From assembly GCA_045659405.1 (NCBI GenBank), contig JAZOWX010000042.1, positions 1 to 63,292 of the forward strand: a stretch of 63,292 bases of DNA, given 5' to 3'. The translations under genes were made by a program, and so were the position numbers. The notes under the pieces are model-generated. The model saw only the letters and a list, made by a program, of their open reading frames with translations. It was not told the origin of the DNA and did not search any database. Every line of letters starts with the position of its first letter. The first letter of the stretch is position 1. The DNA comes from Eubacteriales bacterium (GTDB lineage Bacteria; Bacillota; Clostridia; Oscillospirales; CAG-272). Below are positions 22,342 to 33,137 of the stretch, in pieces.

Positions 22342-23499
22342 TTACAGACTGTTAAGATAAGTCAACAGCCTTTCCATTCCGTCACGAACACGTTCACGTT
22401 GAGTTGCAATATTAATGCGCACAAAACCTTCTCCAGCTTTGCCGTAGGAAGCGCCGGAGCTTATATAAAGTCCGGTTTTGTTCCGAAGCTCACGGCAAAA
22501 CTCATCAGAGCTTTTTCCAAACGCAGATATATCAACCCACAGAAAATACGTAGCGTCCGAATCTATAACTTTAAGCTTCGGAGCTTTGGTTTTCAATATA
22601 TCCTGCGCAAAAGCACGGTTTTCAAAAAGGTAGTCGACAACACCGTCGAGCCACTCGTCGCATTCCGTATAAGCGCTGATATAAGCGCCCACAGCAAAGA
22701 TATTCGGCTCGCCGCACTCATCGGTATTGAGCGCACGGTAGGCCTTGTGCAGAAGCATAGGATTATGCGACACCACAGCCGCAGCCTGAAGACCTGCAAG
22801 ATTGAAGCTTTTTGAAGCCGAAACGCAGGTTAACGAAATTCTGCGACACACCTCGGAAGCCTCGGAAAACGGTGTATATGAGAGACCCGGACGAAGTATG
22901 TCCGAATGTATTTCATCGCTGATAACAGTAACCCCAAATCTTTCGCAAAGCTCACCGATTTTCGCAAGCTCCTCTTTCGTCCATATACGTCCGACGGGGT
23001 TGTGCGGATTGCACAGTATCATAAGAGAGGTCTGCTTATCCGAAAGCTTTTTTTCAAGATCGTCGAAATCTATCTCATACCGCCCGTTTTGAAGCACCAA
23101 ATCCGACGATAGCACGTTTCGTCCGTTATTCAGAATACTGTTATAGAATATGTTGTAAACAGGAGCTTGTATAAGCACGTTTTCCGCAGGAGTCGTGAGC
23201 TTTCGTACAAGAGAAGAAAGCGCAGCTACAACTCCTGTCGAAAAGACCGCCTCGCTCGGAAGAAAATTATGGCCGTGGCGTCTTTTTCTAAAGTCCGAAA
23301 GCGCAGTAAAATACTCGTCTGGCAAGGTAGAATAACCGAAAATACCAAGCTCTGCCGTTTTTAAAACAGCGTTTTTTATCTGAGGCGCCGTTTCAAAATC
23401 CATATCAGCTATCCACATCGGAAGCTCGTCAGCGCCAATATCCCATTTGCAGGAATAGCCGCCGCGCCTATTTGTCAGCTTATCAAAATCGTATTTCAT
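22342..23499 (-). CDS. PLP-dependent cystathionine beta-lyase, MalY/PatB family
   Basis: LPMWIADMDF, ILCNPHNPVGRIW, ISDEIHSD, SASKSFNLAGL, GFVRINIA; start at ATG 23499 or GTG 23511. Confidence 0.92.
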   Translation of the reverse strand: MKYDFDKLTNRRGGYSCKWDIGADELPMWIADMDFETAPQIKNAVLKTAELGIFGYSTLPDEYFTALSDFRKRRHGHNFLPSEAVFSTGVVAALSSLVRKLTTPAENVLIQAPVYNIFYNSILNNGRNVLSSDLVLQNGRYEIDFDDLEKKLSDKQTSLMILCNPHNPVGRIWTKEELAKIGELCERFGVTVISDEIHSDILRPGLSYTPFSEASEVCRRISLTCVSASKSFNLAGLQAAAVVSHNPMLLHKAYRALNTDECGEPNIFAVGAYISAYTECDEWLDGVVDYLFENRAFAQDILKTKAPKLKVIDSDATYFLWVDISAFGKSSDEFCRELRNKTGLYISSGASYGKAGEGFVRINIATQRERVRDGMERLLTYLNSL

Positions 23500-23511
23500 A
23501 GCTTCATCCAC

Positions 23512-24354
23512 TTAAGATTTTATTTCAATTTTAACCTTGCTTGGGTCTGTGTATTCTTCGTCAAGTATTATTTCATCAACCGCCCCTGCGCAGATAACGC
23601 TTCCGGGGAGAGGATTTTTTATACTGTCAACCTTGCCGTTGATGTCCGCCTCAACGCTTGAATATTCGAATGCCAACGTCGTGTTTATAAGCTTACAGTT
23701 GATAAGCTTCACGTCCTGCATATAGCACATACCCTGAAGCGACTGTATAGTGCAATTTATAAAGGTTACGTTTTTCGAATTCCATCCGAGATATTCGCCT
23801 ACTATAAGCGAATTTTCAACAACTACGTTTTCGGTATTCCAGAAAGCATCCTTTGATATAAGCTTGGAATTTCTTACAGTTATATTTTTGCCGCCGTCAA
23901 AGAGATAATTTCCGTCCACAACAAAGTTGTCACACTCAATATTCTCCGAACAAAATCCGAAATAGTCGCCTGCCGCATTTGTGTTTGAAATTTTTATATC
24001 ACGGCAATTCCAAAGCGTTTCTTGCGCCCCCGGCATACTTACCGAGCAAAGACTTATTCCCGACGAGCGCCTGAAGGTTTTAGGCGCTTCTATAACCGAA
24101 TCGGATATCGAAATACCGTGTGTGTACCATATACCCGACCTTGCTGTACCAAGAAGCGTTGTGTTTCTGACTTCAACGTTATTGCAATACCACAGAGGAT
24201 ATTTCCAACCGAAAATGCATCCGTCAATTTCAAGATTTCGGCTTTCCTTTAGCGGAGATTCGCCCGCCTCGAATACCGAATCCGTGATTTTTGCACCGTT
24301 CGTTGAAAAGAGCGCACGTTCTCCCGCAAAGTAACCTTGTATGTAATTTTTCAT
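23512..24354 (-). CDS. DUF3737 family beta-helix protein
   Basis: GERALF, GESPLKES, WKYPLWY, SKDAFW, GEYLGWNSKN, LAFEYS; the family is commonly next to MalY. Confidence 0.85.
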   Translation of the reverse strand: MKNYIQGYFAGERALFSTNGAKITDSVFEAGESPLKESRNLEIDGCIFGWKYPLWYCNNVEVRNTTLLGTARSGIWYTHGISISDSVIEAPKTFRRSSGISLCSVSMPGAQETLWNCRDIKISNTNAAGDYFGFCSENIECDNFVVDGNYLFDGGKNITVRNSKLISKDAFWNTENVVVENSLIVGEYLGWNSKNVTFINCTIQSLQGMCYMQDVKLINCKLINTTLAFEYSSVEADINGKVDSIKNPLPGSVICAGAVDEIILDEEYTDPSKVKIEIKS

Positions 24355-24391
24355 ACTTTCCTCCGTTTTTTGTCAACAACTGTTGTCTTAT

Positions 24392-25012
24392 TTACAAATT
24401 TCCGCCCGTTCCTATAGAAGTCGAGTCATTACCCGAAACAATTATATGGCGCACAAGCTTGACGTTTAAATTTGAAAGAATTCTCGATATACTCATCGTA
24501 GCGGAGACGTCGTCATCCGATGCGTTTGCCACACCGTGCGGATGATTGTGAGCGAGTATCATATATTTCGCACGGCGTCTTGTTGCTATTTCCACAATCT
24601 TTCTCGGCAAAAGCTCGGATGAGTTTACAACTCCCTCGCTGACGAGGTCGCACGAAAGAGCCCGTCCCTTTGAATCAAATGACATAACATACACGCACTC
24701 GACAGAACGCGGCAGCAGCAATGCCTTGAAATACTCATCGGTTTGCTCGGGTGTATGCTTTATCCCGAAGCGGTATTGTTCTGTTTTCGCCCTTGAAATA
24801 ACACTTGCCAGAAGCTTGACAAAGCGTGCGTTTTTCTCTCCGATTTTCTCATCATAGGACAAAACGTTTACGTCAGAAGAAAGTATTCTGCTGAGCGTAC
24901 CGTATTTTTCAAACATACTCTCGCTTGCCGCAGTTGCGGCATCCTCTTTATTTACGAATGAAAGAGTTTTTGCCAAGGCATCCGAAACGCATTTAAGATA
25001 TATCTGTGCCAC
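24392..25012 (-). CDS. Second RadC/JAB-domain protein, divergent N-terminus
   Basis: E...LAHNHPHGVANASDDD...LVRHIIVS JAB motif. Confidence 0.8.
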   Translation of the reverse strand: MAQIYLKCVSDALAKTLSFVNKEDAATAASESMFEKYGTLSRILSSDVNVLSYDEKIGEKNARFVKLLASVISRAKTEQYRFGIKHTPEQTDEYFKALLLPRSVECVYVMSFDSKGRALSCDLVSEGVVNSSELLPRKIVEIATRRRAKYMILAHNHPHGVANASDDDVSATMSISRILSNLNVKLVRHIIVSGNDSTSIGTGGNL

Positions 25013-25769
25013 TTTCCAATTCTAACCTTTCCTCTTTAGTTTCGTAAAATCTCACAATCTCCGGTTGCTGCGCAAATCTCTTTTTAAACGATGCCATAAA
25101 TCCGACGTAGCGCTCACCGCAAACCACGTAATGATCCGCAAGAAACACACCGACCTCCGATAGCGCCAAAACCACAGAATCGTTAGTCTTTATATCTCCT
25201 TGCGTCGGATAAAGAGGGCCGTACGGATGATTATGAGCTATTATCATAACCGAAGCGCCAAAGGTCAAAGCAAGCTCGACAAACGCACCGCTTTTGACAC
25301 CTGCACTCTGATAATCAAGCCCCTCGTAAACGGTCTTTACGCCGATGAGCTTCATTGAATTGTCAAGCATCATCACAGCCACCTTATATTCGGTGTCAGC
25401 GGCAAAATATTCAGCAAAATACTCTCCCGCCTTTGCGTAATCGTCAAAGCGCATCTCGGGAAGCTCAACGTCCAGAGTGTAAAGCTTGCACAGCTGTCCG
25501 ACGGAAAGAATCATATCCGCAGTTTTAGCACCAACGCCCGGAACAGCCAAAAGCTCTTCACGACTTGCCGAAAGTACGCCCAAAAGCGAGCCGAACGCAG
25601 CAAGAAGCTGCTTTGCCAAGGGATTTGTGTCCTTTGCGGGTATTACGCTGTAAAGAAGCATTTCAAGAAGCTCGTACGTGTCGAATATACCCGCCCCGTG
25701 CTCCAGAAATTTCTGACGCATTCTTTCCCTGTGTCCTTTATGTATATCTGCCTCACGAATCGTCTTCAT
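24993..25769 (-). CDS. radC: RadC (UPF0758) family protein
   Basis: HKGHRERMR, YELLEMLL, DTNPLAKQLL, HhH VPGVGAKTA, IAHNHPYG...D, ADHYVV. Confidence 0.88.
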   Translation of the reverse strand: MKTIREADIHKGHRERMRQKFLEHGAGIFDTYELLEMLLYSVIPAKDTNPLAKQLLAAFGSLLGVLSASREELLAVPGVGAKTADMILSVGQLCKLYTLDVELPEMRFDDYAKAGEYFAEYFAADTEYKVAVMMLDNSMKLIGVKTVYEGLDYQSAGVKSGAFVELALTFGASVMIIAHNHPYGPLYPTQGDIKTNDSVVLALSEVGVFLADHYVVCGERYVGFMASFKKRFAQQPEIVRFYETKEERLELESGTDIS

Positions 25770-26466
25770 TATTCACCCGATGCCGTCCGAAATCCTCGGT
25801 TGCAGGCGGAATATAACCCGCCGGCTTTTCTATTTGTACCATATTTATCTTCATACCCTGTTCGGTGAAGTTTTTCTCATACTCGGTCATAACGTTGCCT
25901 GCGGCAAATTCGGATGCATGCAGATCACGTGTAAGCTTCACGGGGGCAAGACCTACCGCCTCTATCTCCTCAAGAGTGAAATCGAAAAGGGCGACGTTAT
26001 CCGTCTTGAAGGTAAGAGTTGCCCCCTCCTTCATAAGCGAAAGATAGAGCGAAAGATAGCGTCTGTGAGTCAGCCTTCTTTTAGCATATCCTTTTTTTGA
26101 CCAGGGGTCGGAAAAATTAAGAAATATTTTGTCAACAGTACCGCTTTCGAATATAAGCGGAAGATTATCCGCAGTATCAATCAAAAAACGCAGATTTTTT
26201 CCGCACCCCTCCGCATCTGCCGCCTCGGCAGCGAGTACTACGCAGTCGCTCACACGCTCCATAGCAAAGTAGCACGCTTCGGGATTCATACGTGACATAT
26301 TTCTTGCAAAGCCGCCCTTACCTGCGCCTATTTCGAGAAATACGGGAGCGCCGCTCATTGAAAAGACCTGCGAGGGATCAGCCATAGGCTCACCCTCGTG
26401 CCGATAAAGCAAATGCTCACACAGCGCAAGTCGCTTTGCTCCGTTCTTCTTTTTACGCATTCTCAT
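25753..26466 (-). CDS. trmB: tRNA (guanine-N7)-methyltransferase
   Basis: MRMRKK, LEIGAGKG, LNFSDPW, KRRLTH, FKTDN, MTEYE. Confidence 0.95.
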   Translation of the reverse strand: MRMRKKKNGAKRLALCEHLLYRHEGEPMADPSQVFSMSGAPVFLEIGAGKGGFARNMSRMNPEACYFAMERVSDCVVLAAEAADAEGCGKNLRFLIDTADNLPLIFESGTVDKIFLNFSDPWSKKGYAKRRLTHRRYLSLYLSLMKEGATLTFKTDNVALFDFTLEEIEAVGLAPVKLTRDLHASEFAAGNVMTEYEKNFTEQGMKINMVQIEKPAGYIPPATEDFGRHRVNNEDDS

Positions 26467-26470
26467 TGAA

Positions 26471-28069
26471 TCAGTCCTCGTTTCTGCTGAATTCTGTAAG
26501 CTTCAGTCCGGGATTATCCTCAAGCACCCAGCGAATGCTCCACTCGCTTGTAAATATGAGAAGATTTTTTCCTCTGAAGTCCTGCACCCACTTTGTATCG
26601 TGAGAAAGCTTAAGAGTTTTCGGGTCGAGGTCTTCATTTTCTATCCAGCGTATCTGCTGATACGAAAGATTGGTTCTTCTCAAATCACAGCCGTACTCAT
26701 TTTTGAGTCTGTACTCAAGCACCTCAAACTGAAGCACACCGACAACACCGACAATAACTCTTTCAAGACCCGAATTTGGCTCGAAGAAAATCTGTATTGC
26801 ACCCTCTTGGGCTATCTGGTTCATACCCTTTGCGAATTGCTTACGCTTCATTGAATCCACCTGCTCAACCATCGCAAAATGCTCGGGAGCAAACGTAGGT
26901 ATTCCCTCGAATTTTATCTTACTGCCTCGCTCACAAACCGTATCACCGATTGAGAATACACCCGGATCAAATACACCGATTATATCTCCCGCATAAGCCT
27001 CATCTATAACCTCTCTTGCATCAGCCATCATCTGCTGCGGTTGAGAAAGACGTGCGCTTTTTCCTGACTGAACGTGATAGTAATCACGCCCACGCTCAAA
27101 TTTGCCCGAGCATATACGCATAAATGCAATTCTGTCACGGTGCGCCTTGTTCATATTTGCCTGTATTTTAAATACGAATGCCGAGAACTTATCATCAAAC
27201 GGATCAATCGTAACACCGTCCGCAACTCTTGGAAGCGGTGAGGTGGTCATTTTAAGGAAGTGTGCCAAAAACGGCTCTATGCCGAAGTTGTTAAGAGCCG
27301 AGCCGAAGAATACCGGAGAAAGCTTTCCGTGACGCACAGCCTCGATGTCAAAATCGAATCCACCGCCGTCAAGCAGCTCAACCTGCTCACAAAGCTCGTC
27401 ACAGAGTCTGTCTCCTATAAGCTCACGCAGCTTGTCTGTTTCGGTAATATCGCACTCAATTCCCGTGATACGCTCTCTGCCTCTGTGCGAGTTATCGAAT
27501 GAAAGAACGGCTCTTTGCTCTCTGTCATATACACCTTTAAAATTAGCTCCGCATCCGATAGGCCAGTTCATAGGATAGGTTCCTATTCCGAACTCCTTTT
27601 CAAGCTCGTCTATCAGATCAAACGGATCACGTGACTCACGGTCCAATTTGTTGATAAAGGTAAATATCGGAATATCACGCATAGCGCAAACCTTAAAGAG
27701 CTTTCTGGTCTGCGGCTCAATACCCTTTGCCGCATCTATTACCATAACAGCGCTGTCGGCTGCCATAAGTGTACGATACGTGTCCTCCGAGAAATCCTGG
27801 TGACCCGGAGTATCGAGAATATTGATACAGTAGCCATCGCACTCAAACTGAAGCACGGAGGATGTGATTGATATACCTCTCTGCTTTTCAAGCTCCATCC
27901 AGTCGGACACAGCGTGCTTGTCGCTCTGCTTACCCTTTACAGAGCCTGCGGTCTGTATAGCACCACCGTAAAGCAAAAATTTCTCCGTAAGGGTTGTCTT
28001 ACCTGCGTCAGGGTGTGATATTATTGCAAAGGTTCTCCGCCTTACAATCTCGGATTTAAAATCAGACAT
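26471..28069 (-). CDS. prfC: Peptide chain release factor 3
   Basis: RRTFAIISHPDAGKTT, DTPGHQDFSEDTYR, NKLD, FVFKIQANM; start at ATG 28069 with GAGGAG RBS. Confidence 0.97.
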   Translation of the reverse strand: MSDFKSEIVRRRTFAIISHPDAGKTTLTEKFLLYGGAIQTAGSVKGKQSDKHAVSDWMELEKQRGISITSSVLQFECDGYCINILDTPGHQDFSEDTYRTLMAADSAVMVIDAAKGIEPQTRKLFKVCAMRDIPIFTFINKLDRESRDPFDLIDELEKEFGIGTYPMNWPIGCGANFKGVYDREQRAVLSFDNSHRGRERITGIECDITETDKLRELIGDRLCDELCEQVELLDGGGFDFDIEAVRHGKLSPVFFGSALNNFGIEPFLAHFLKMTTSPLPRVADGVTIDPFDDKFSAFVFKIQANMNKAHRDRIAFMRICSGKFERGRDYYHVQSGKSARLSQPQQMMADAREVIDEAYAGDIIGVFDPGVFSIGDTVCERGSKIKFEGIPTFAPEHFAMVEQVDSMKRKQFAKGMNQIAQEGAIQIFFEPNSGLERVIVGVVGVLQFEVLEYRLKNEYGCDLRRTNLSYQQIRWIENEDLDPKTLKLSHDTKWVQDFRGKNLLIFTSEWSIRWVLEDNPGLKLTEFSRNED

Positions 28070-28117
28070 AGTTCTCCTCATTTTGCGCATTACGCGCATT
28101 TTATAGCATAATTTAGT

Positions 28118-28146
28118 ATTTTAGCATAAACTTTTTATTTTGTCAA
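28118..28146 (-). promoter_or_regulatory. sigmaA promoter of the prfC operon
   Basis: TTGACA (28146-28141), 17 bp, TAAAAT (28123-28118). Confidence 0.7.
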
Positions 28147-28269
28147 TATATGGCGCACCAAAAACGCACCAGCACTGCATTTCGTTTTCGAAATCCGCAC
28201 GTCAGTTTTCGGTACAAAAAACAGCAAGTTTTAAAAATTCGCAGTCCAAAAATGCGTATTTTGACAATG

Positions 28270-29244
28270 TTAGTTGTCATATAATGCGTTTTTCTTCGAT
28301 TTTTTTCGCAAAGCAAGAGGGGTGCATCCGTATCTTTTTCTGAATTCCTTGTGAAAATACGACTCGTTGTCATAGCCGACAGCGCTGATTATATCCCCGA
28401 TATTCATATCGGTTCTTACCACGAGTCCCTGCGCTCTTCTCATCTTTTCATCCACGACAAGCTCCTTGAAGCTCTTTCCGAAATATTCTCTTATTGATTT
28501 AGAAAGATACGGAGCGCACAGATAAAGCCGCCCACTCAATTCGGCAAGCGTTGCATTTAAGTAATTTGAAGAAATATACTCTGATATCGCTCTCATCCTG
28601 ACCGAGCGTTTATCCTGCGGAGCGTCGCCACCCACAAGAAGCTCGGCGCTCTCACGTGAAAGATATCTCAACAGTATTTCCACGTACCTCGAGGCAATAG
28701 TATCTCCGCCACCGTCAAGAAGCTCAATTATTATGTTTTCAATAAGGTTTTCGACAGCCGTCACTCCCGCAGTTGAAAAATGAAGATAGCTTCCGTTTCC
28801 CTTTGGCTTTGCGTTTTCCGAAAGAATAGAGAAAAATGCAGTTCCGCCAAGGTCTGCAGCTACCCCCGAAAGAAATCCGTCGCTGAGCGAAATGTTTACG
28901 GCTATATCATCAGCTCCTGTATGCGTGACCGTGTGCTCGGTATGCTTATTCATAAACAGTATATCTCCGGCGCAAAGGCTGACCGAGCTTCCATTTATAA
29001 TATGAGTAACCGAACCGCAAAGGACCGCCATAACCTCAAGATAAGAGTGCTTGTGATGCGGAAATTCAGCAAAACGGGTATGCCTGCGTATTCCTATTTC
29101 GGAAGAACCGTCAAAAAGTCCGGTATCACTTATTGTTGCATTAGCACCTGAAAAATAAACCTCCGTATCTATTTTACCGCCCCCGAGAAGCACACGCTCC
29201 TCATCGGTCAGCTCCTTTAGTCTATCTATAATATCCTTTTTCAT
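28270..29244 (-). CDS. AraC family regulator (cupin plus double HTH), divergent from rhaA
   Basis: RHTRF...HKHSYLE cupin; YLSKSIREYFGKSF...VGYDNESYFHKEFRKRYGCTP. Confidence 0.9.
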   Translation of the reverse strand: MKKDIIDRLKELTDEERVLLGGGKIDTEVYFSGANATISDTGLFDGSSEIGIRRHTRFAEFPHHKHSYLEVMAVLCGSVTHIINGSSVSLCAGDILFMNKHTEHTVTHTGADDIAVNISLSDGFLSGVAADLGGTAFFSILSENAKPKGNGSYLHFSTAGVTAVENLIENIIIELLDGGGDTIASRYVEILLRYLSRESAELLVGGDAPQDKRSVRMRAISEYISSNYLNATLAELSGRLYLCAPYLSKSIREYFGKSFKELVVDEKMRRAQGLVVRTDMNIGDIISAVGYDNESYFHKEFRKRYGCTPLALRKKSKKNALYDN

Positions 29245-29415
29245 AAAACCCTCGCAAAACAACTTATTTTAAGCCGATTTGTATAAATTTTATCATATTA
29301 ACACCGATTTTGCAACAAAAAAATTAAATTAGGTCTGTTTTTTGAGTAAATGAAAGCCTTGTAAGAGGAGCTATTATATATTATCATAAAGAAAAAATCA
29401 AGTGAGGTAGAAATT

Positions 29416-30661
29416 ATGAATTATGCTGAAGCAAAAAAAGAATACGCAAAGCTCGGAATAGATACCGACAGTGCTATCGAGAGGATTATGAACGTCCCCG
29501 TTTCCATACATTGTTGGCAGGGTTGATGACGTTACAGGCTTCGACACAGGCGATGCGCTTTCAGGCGGCATTCAGACGACGGGAAATTATCCCGGTCGAG
29601 CAAGAACACCCGACGAGCTTATGGCTGATATGAAGAAGGCATTTTCTCTTATTCCCGGAAAGAAAAAGCTCAATCTTCACGCATGCTATGCAATACTTGA
29701 AGATGGCGAGAATGTAGGCAGAGATGCTATCGAGCCGCGTCACTTTGCAAAGTGGGTAGAATTTGCAAAAAATGAGGGGGTCGGAATTGACTTCAACCCC
29801 ACCTTCTTCTCTCACCCTATGGTAAAGGACAATCTTACTCTTTCCTCACCCGATGAGGATGTAAGAGCCTATTGGGTACGTCACGGAAAGGCTTGTGTTA
29901 AAATTGCCGAATACTTCGCAAACGAAACAAACATACCGACAGTACTCAATATATGGATACCCGACGGATACAAGGACATACCGCAGGACAGACTCGGCCC
30001 GAGAGAAAGATTTAAAAAATCGCTTGATGAGATACTCTCGATTCCTTACGACAAGAGCAAGGTTTACATCACTCTTGAATCAAAGGTGTTTGGTATAGGT
30101 CTTGAGTCGTATACCGTAGGCTCTGCAGAGTTCTGTCTCTCATATTCAACAGCTCGCGGCATAACACCCCTTATGGACAGCCGCCACTATCACCCAACAG
30201 AGGTAGTGTCGGATAAAATCCCGTCTTTACTTCTCTTCAATGAGAAAATAGCACTTCACGTTACACGTGCTGTACGTTGGGATTCAGACCACGTTGTTAT
30301 TCTTGATGACGAAACAAAGGAAATCGCAAAGGAAATCGTCAGATGCGATGCGCTTGATAGAGTATTCATAGCACTTGACTATTTCGACGCTTCGATAAAC
30401 AGAGTCGCAGCTTGGGTTATCGGTGCAAGAAATATGCACAAGGCGCTTCTGTTTGCAGCGCTCACACCTTCTGACCTTTTGAAATCCTACCAGGATAATG
30501 CCGACTATACGAAGATGCTCGCTGTCAGCGAGGAGCTTAAAACACTTCCCTTCGGCGCTATATTTGAGGAATACTGCAAGAGAGCAGGCGTTCCCGCAGG
30601 AATGGACTGGATAGATACCGTTGATGCCTACGAGCGCGAGGTTCTCTCAAAGAGAGTATAA
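29416..30661 (+). pseudogene. rhaA: L-rhamnose isomerase broken by a +1 frameshift at 29523/29524
   Basis: ATG 29416 (GAGG RBS) gives MNYAEAKKEY...VSIHCWQG then TGA; removing one T restores HCWQGDDVTGF in frame with the 29621 ORF (NLHACY, DFNPTFFSHP, WIPDG, ESKVFGIGLESY, VRWDSDHV). Confidence 0.88.
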
Positions 30662-30668
30662 TTATAAC

Positions 30669-30703
30669 AAAAAAAGAGATTCGGTTTTGCCGAATCTCTT
30701 TTT
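30669..30703. terminator. Bidirectional intrinsic terminator
   Basis: AAAAAGAGATTCGG-TTTTG-CCGAATCTCTTTTT. Confidence 0.9.
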
Positions 30704-30793
30704 CGTCGCATTTTTAATGAAAAATAACATTTTTTACGCTATCATCATTGCTTTTTTCTTTGTTTTGTCACATTTCAGGCTAAAAATGCCCGA

Positions 30794-32461
30794 TTATTTT
30801 TTCTTAATCTTGTCCTGCAAAAAGTGCCTTTTTACAACCTCGAATGCAAGTTTCTTTCTTCTGTATTCATCAACAATGCCCTTGTTATTCTCACATCTTG
30901 GACGTGACATAAACCAACCTTCATCAACTCTTACGTCGCAGAATTGCCATATAAATACACCCGAGATATCATCATCGGCAAGTATTACATTCAGCTGCTC
31001 GTCAAGTATTTTCGCCTGACGCTCCTCGGTCCATTTAGCCTCTGTGTCGCTACGGTATCCGTAAATACCTCCTGCGCCTATCTCGCTTATTATAAAAGGC
31101 TTGTTATCATTACCTGTCGAGCGGATGTATTTTTTTACAGCATCCAACGACTCCAAAACGCTTTTCCCGTGAGATTCGTACCACAGCGGATATATATTCA
31201 TCGACACAATATCCACAAGATCCAAGCAAATATCACTGTAAAATTTGTTTGATGCAAACGTGAGCGGACGGCTGCTGTCCCATTTTTCGATTTTTTCAAA
31301 GAGAGTGCTGTAACACTCCCTGCCAAACTCCGAGTTGCTCACGCATTCATTGAGTATACCCCAACAAAAAACGCTTGGGTGATTGTAATGATTAAATAAC
31401 ATTTCATCAATACACTTAATGCTTTGAGGAATGAAATTGGGGTTTCTCATTTTTTCCTCATTAAGTCCTCTTGCGTGAGCCTCCTCCCACACAAGAATAC
31501 CAAGCTCATCACATATATCAAGGAACAGCTCATCATTCGGATAGTGAGAGGTTCTTATCGCATTCGCACCGGTATCAAGGATAAGCGCAATATCGCGCAT
31601 TATTGCCTGAAGCGGAATTGAGCTTCCGAGCGAGTTGTAGTCCTCGTGGCGGTTGAAGCCAAGAATGCGTATCGGTTTTCCGTTAAAGAGAATCTTCTAA
31701 CCCTCGGTCTTTATCTCTCTGAATCCTATACGTTCAATAAGGTCGTCTATAACTACATCATCACGTACAAGCTCCGCACGCAAAAAATGCATAAACGGAG
31801 AATCAAGCTCATAAGAGCGTACACCTGCAAACTCCGCATTATAAGTCAAGGCCTTCGATTCACCCGCAGAAAGAGCGCACGGAAGCTCGCATATAAGCTT
31901 ATCCCCAAGGAAAAGCCGAAGCTTATAATTGCACGTCGTGTCTGACTTGCTCTGAACAAAGGCCTTTATTTCAGCCCCCCACTCCCCGGACTCTATGCGA
32001 GGAGTGAAATGGAGCGCATTGATAACAGCCGAAGAGAGCTTCTCAAGCATCACAGGCCTTATAATTCCGCCGTATGTATAGTAGTCGTTTTCAACGTGAA
32101 GTGCCGACTTCTCCGAATAGGAATTATCGACGACTACCTCTATTTTATGCTCACCCTCGCAGCAGAACATATCAACAGAAAAAGGTGTGTAAGCGTTGTA
32201 ATGCTCACCTAAAAGCTCACCGTCGCAAAAGACCTTTGCCGTATGACTCACGCCACCGAAAACAAGTCTTGCGTGACCCCCAAAGCTCAAGGTTCTGCTA
32301 TACGTTGCAAGACCCTTATATGCAGCAAGTGACGGAATTACCTCAAGGCAGGATGGCACAGCGAGCTTTCCGCTATACGAGCCGTCCTCGGTGCGAAAAT
32401 CCCAAAGTCCCGAAAGCTCCAAAACGCTTCTGATTTTATGCGTATCAAACAGTCTGTACAT
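30794..32461 (-). pseudogene. GH2 beta-glucuronidase/galactosidase-like gene with an in-frame TAG at 31697-31699
   Basis: One continuous frame: ...RIGFREIKTEG*KILFNGKPIRILGFNRHED...RTSHYP...WGILNE...ISEIG; ATG 32461 with GGAGG RBS; the two track ORFs share this frame. Confidence 0.88.
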
Positions 32462-32629
32462 ATTTCCTCCACTTATAAATCCCGCAGGAAAAAGACGAAT
32501 AATGAAGTTACAAAAGCAAAAAACGGCTTGTTTGCAAACAAACATTTGCATAAATTGAGAAAAAGCGGAAGAGACACCGCTCAAGCACCTCTTCCGTTTT
32601 ATTCGGACACACCGAAATTATTACACCAA

Positions 32630-33133
32630 TCAGTATCCGCTGATAGGAAGCTCGTCGTTATCCTCGCCGTGTTCTATTTTTCTTATTACAACGTAATAAC
32701 CAACCGCATCGCTGACCTTTACATAAACACGTGAGCCGAGCGACTTACCCATTATTGCCTGTCCAAGAGGAGACTCCTTGCTGATATATCCGAGTGTCGC
32801 ATTTTGTCTTAAGGTAGTTACAAGCTGTATGCGTTTTTCCGCATTCATTTTCTCGTTGAATATAGTAACGTAATCAAAGAGCGAAACGTAATTCTCCCGT
32901 TTTTCGGTTTCTATAACCTTTGCCGTTCTTATCATGTTTTCAAGATATCTTATACGGCTTTCGTTCTTACGCTTCTCACGCTTTGCTTCCTTATATTCAG
33001 CGTTTTCGGAAAGGTCACCAAACTCACGCGTGCGCTTCATTTCAGCCATAAGCTTCGGTGCTAGCTCACCACGACGGTATTCGATTTCCTCCTCCATTTT
33101 TCTTATATCTACCTCTGTAAGCTCATCGTACAT
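32630..33133 (-). CDS. greA: GreA/GreB family transcription elongation factor
   Basis: FGDLSENAEY, RIRYLE, ISKESPLGQAIMG. Confidence 0.9.
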   Translation of the reverse strand: MYDELTEVDIRKMEEEIEYRRGELAPKLMAEMKRTREFGDLSENAEYKEAKREKRKNESRIRYLENMIRTAKVIETEKRENYVSLFDYVTIFNEKMNAEKRIQLVTTLRQNATLGYISKESPLGQAIMGKSLGSRVYVKVSDAVGYYVVIRKIEHGEDNDELPISGY

Positions 33134-33137
33134 AATA

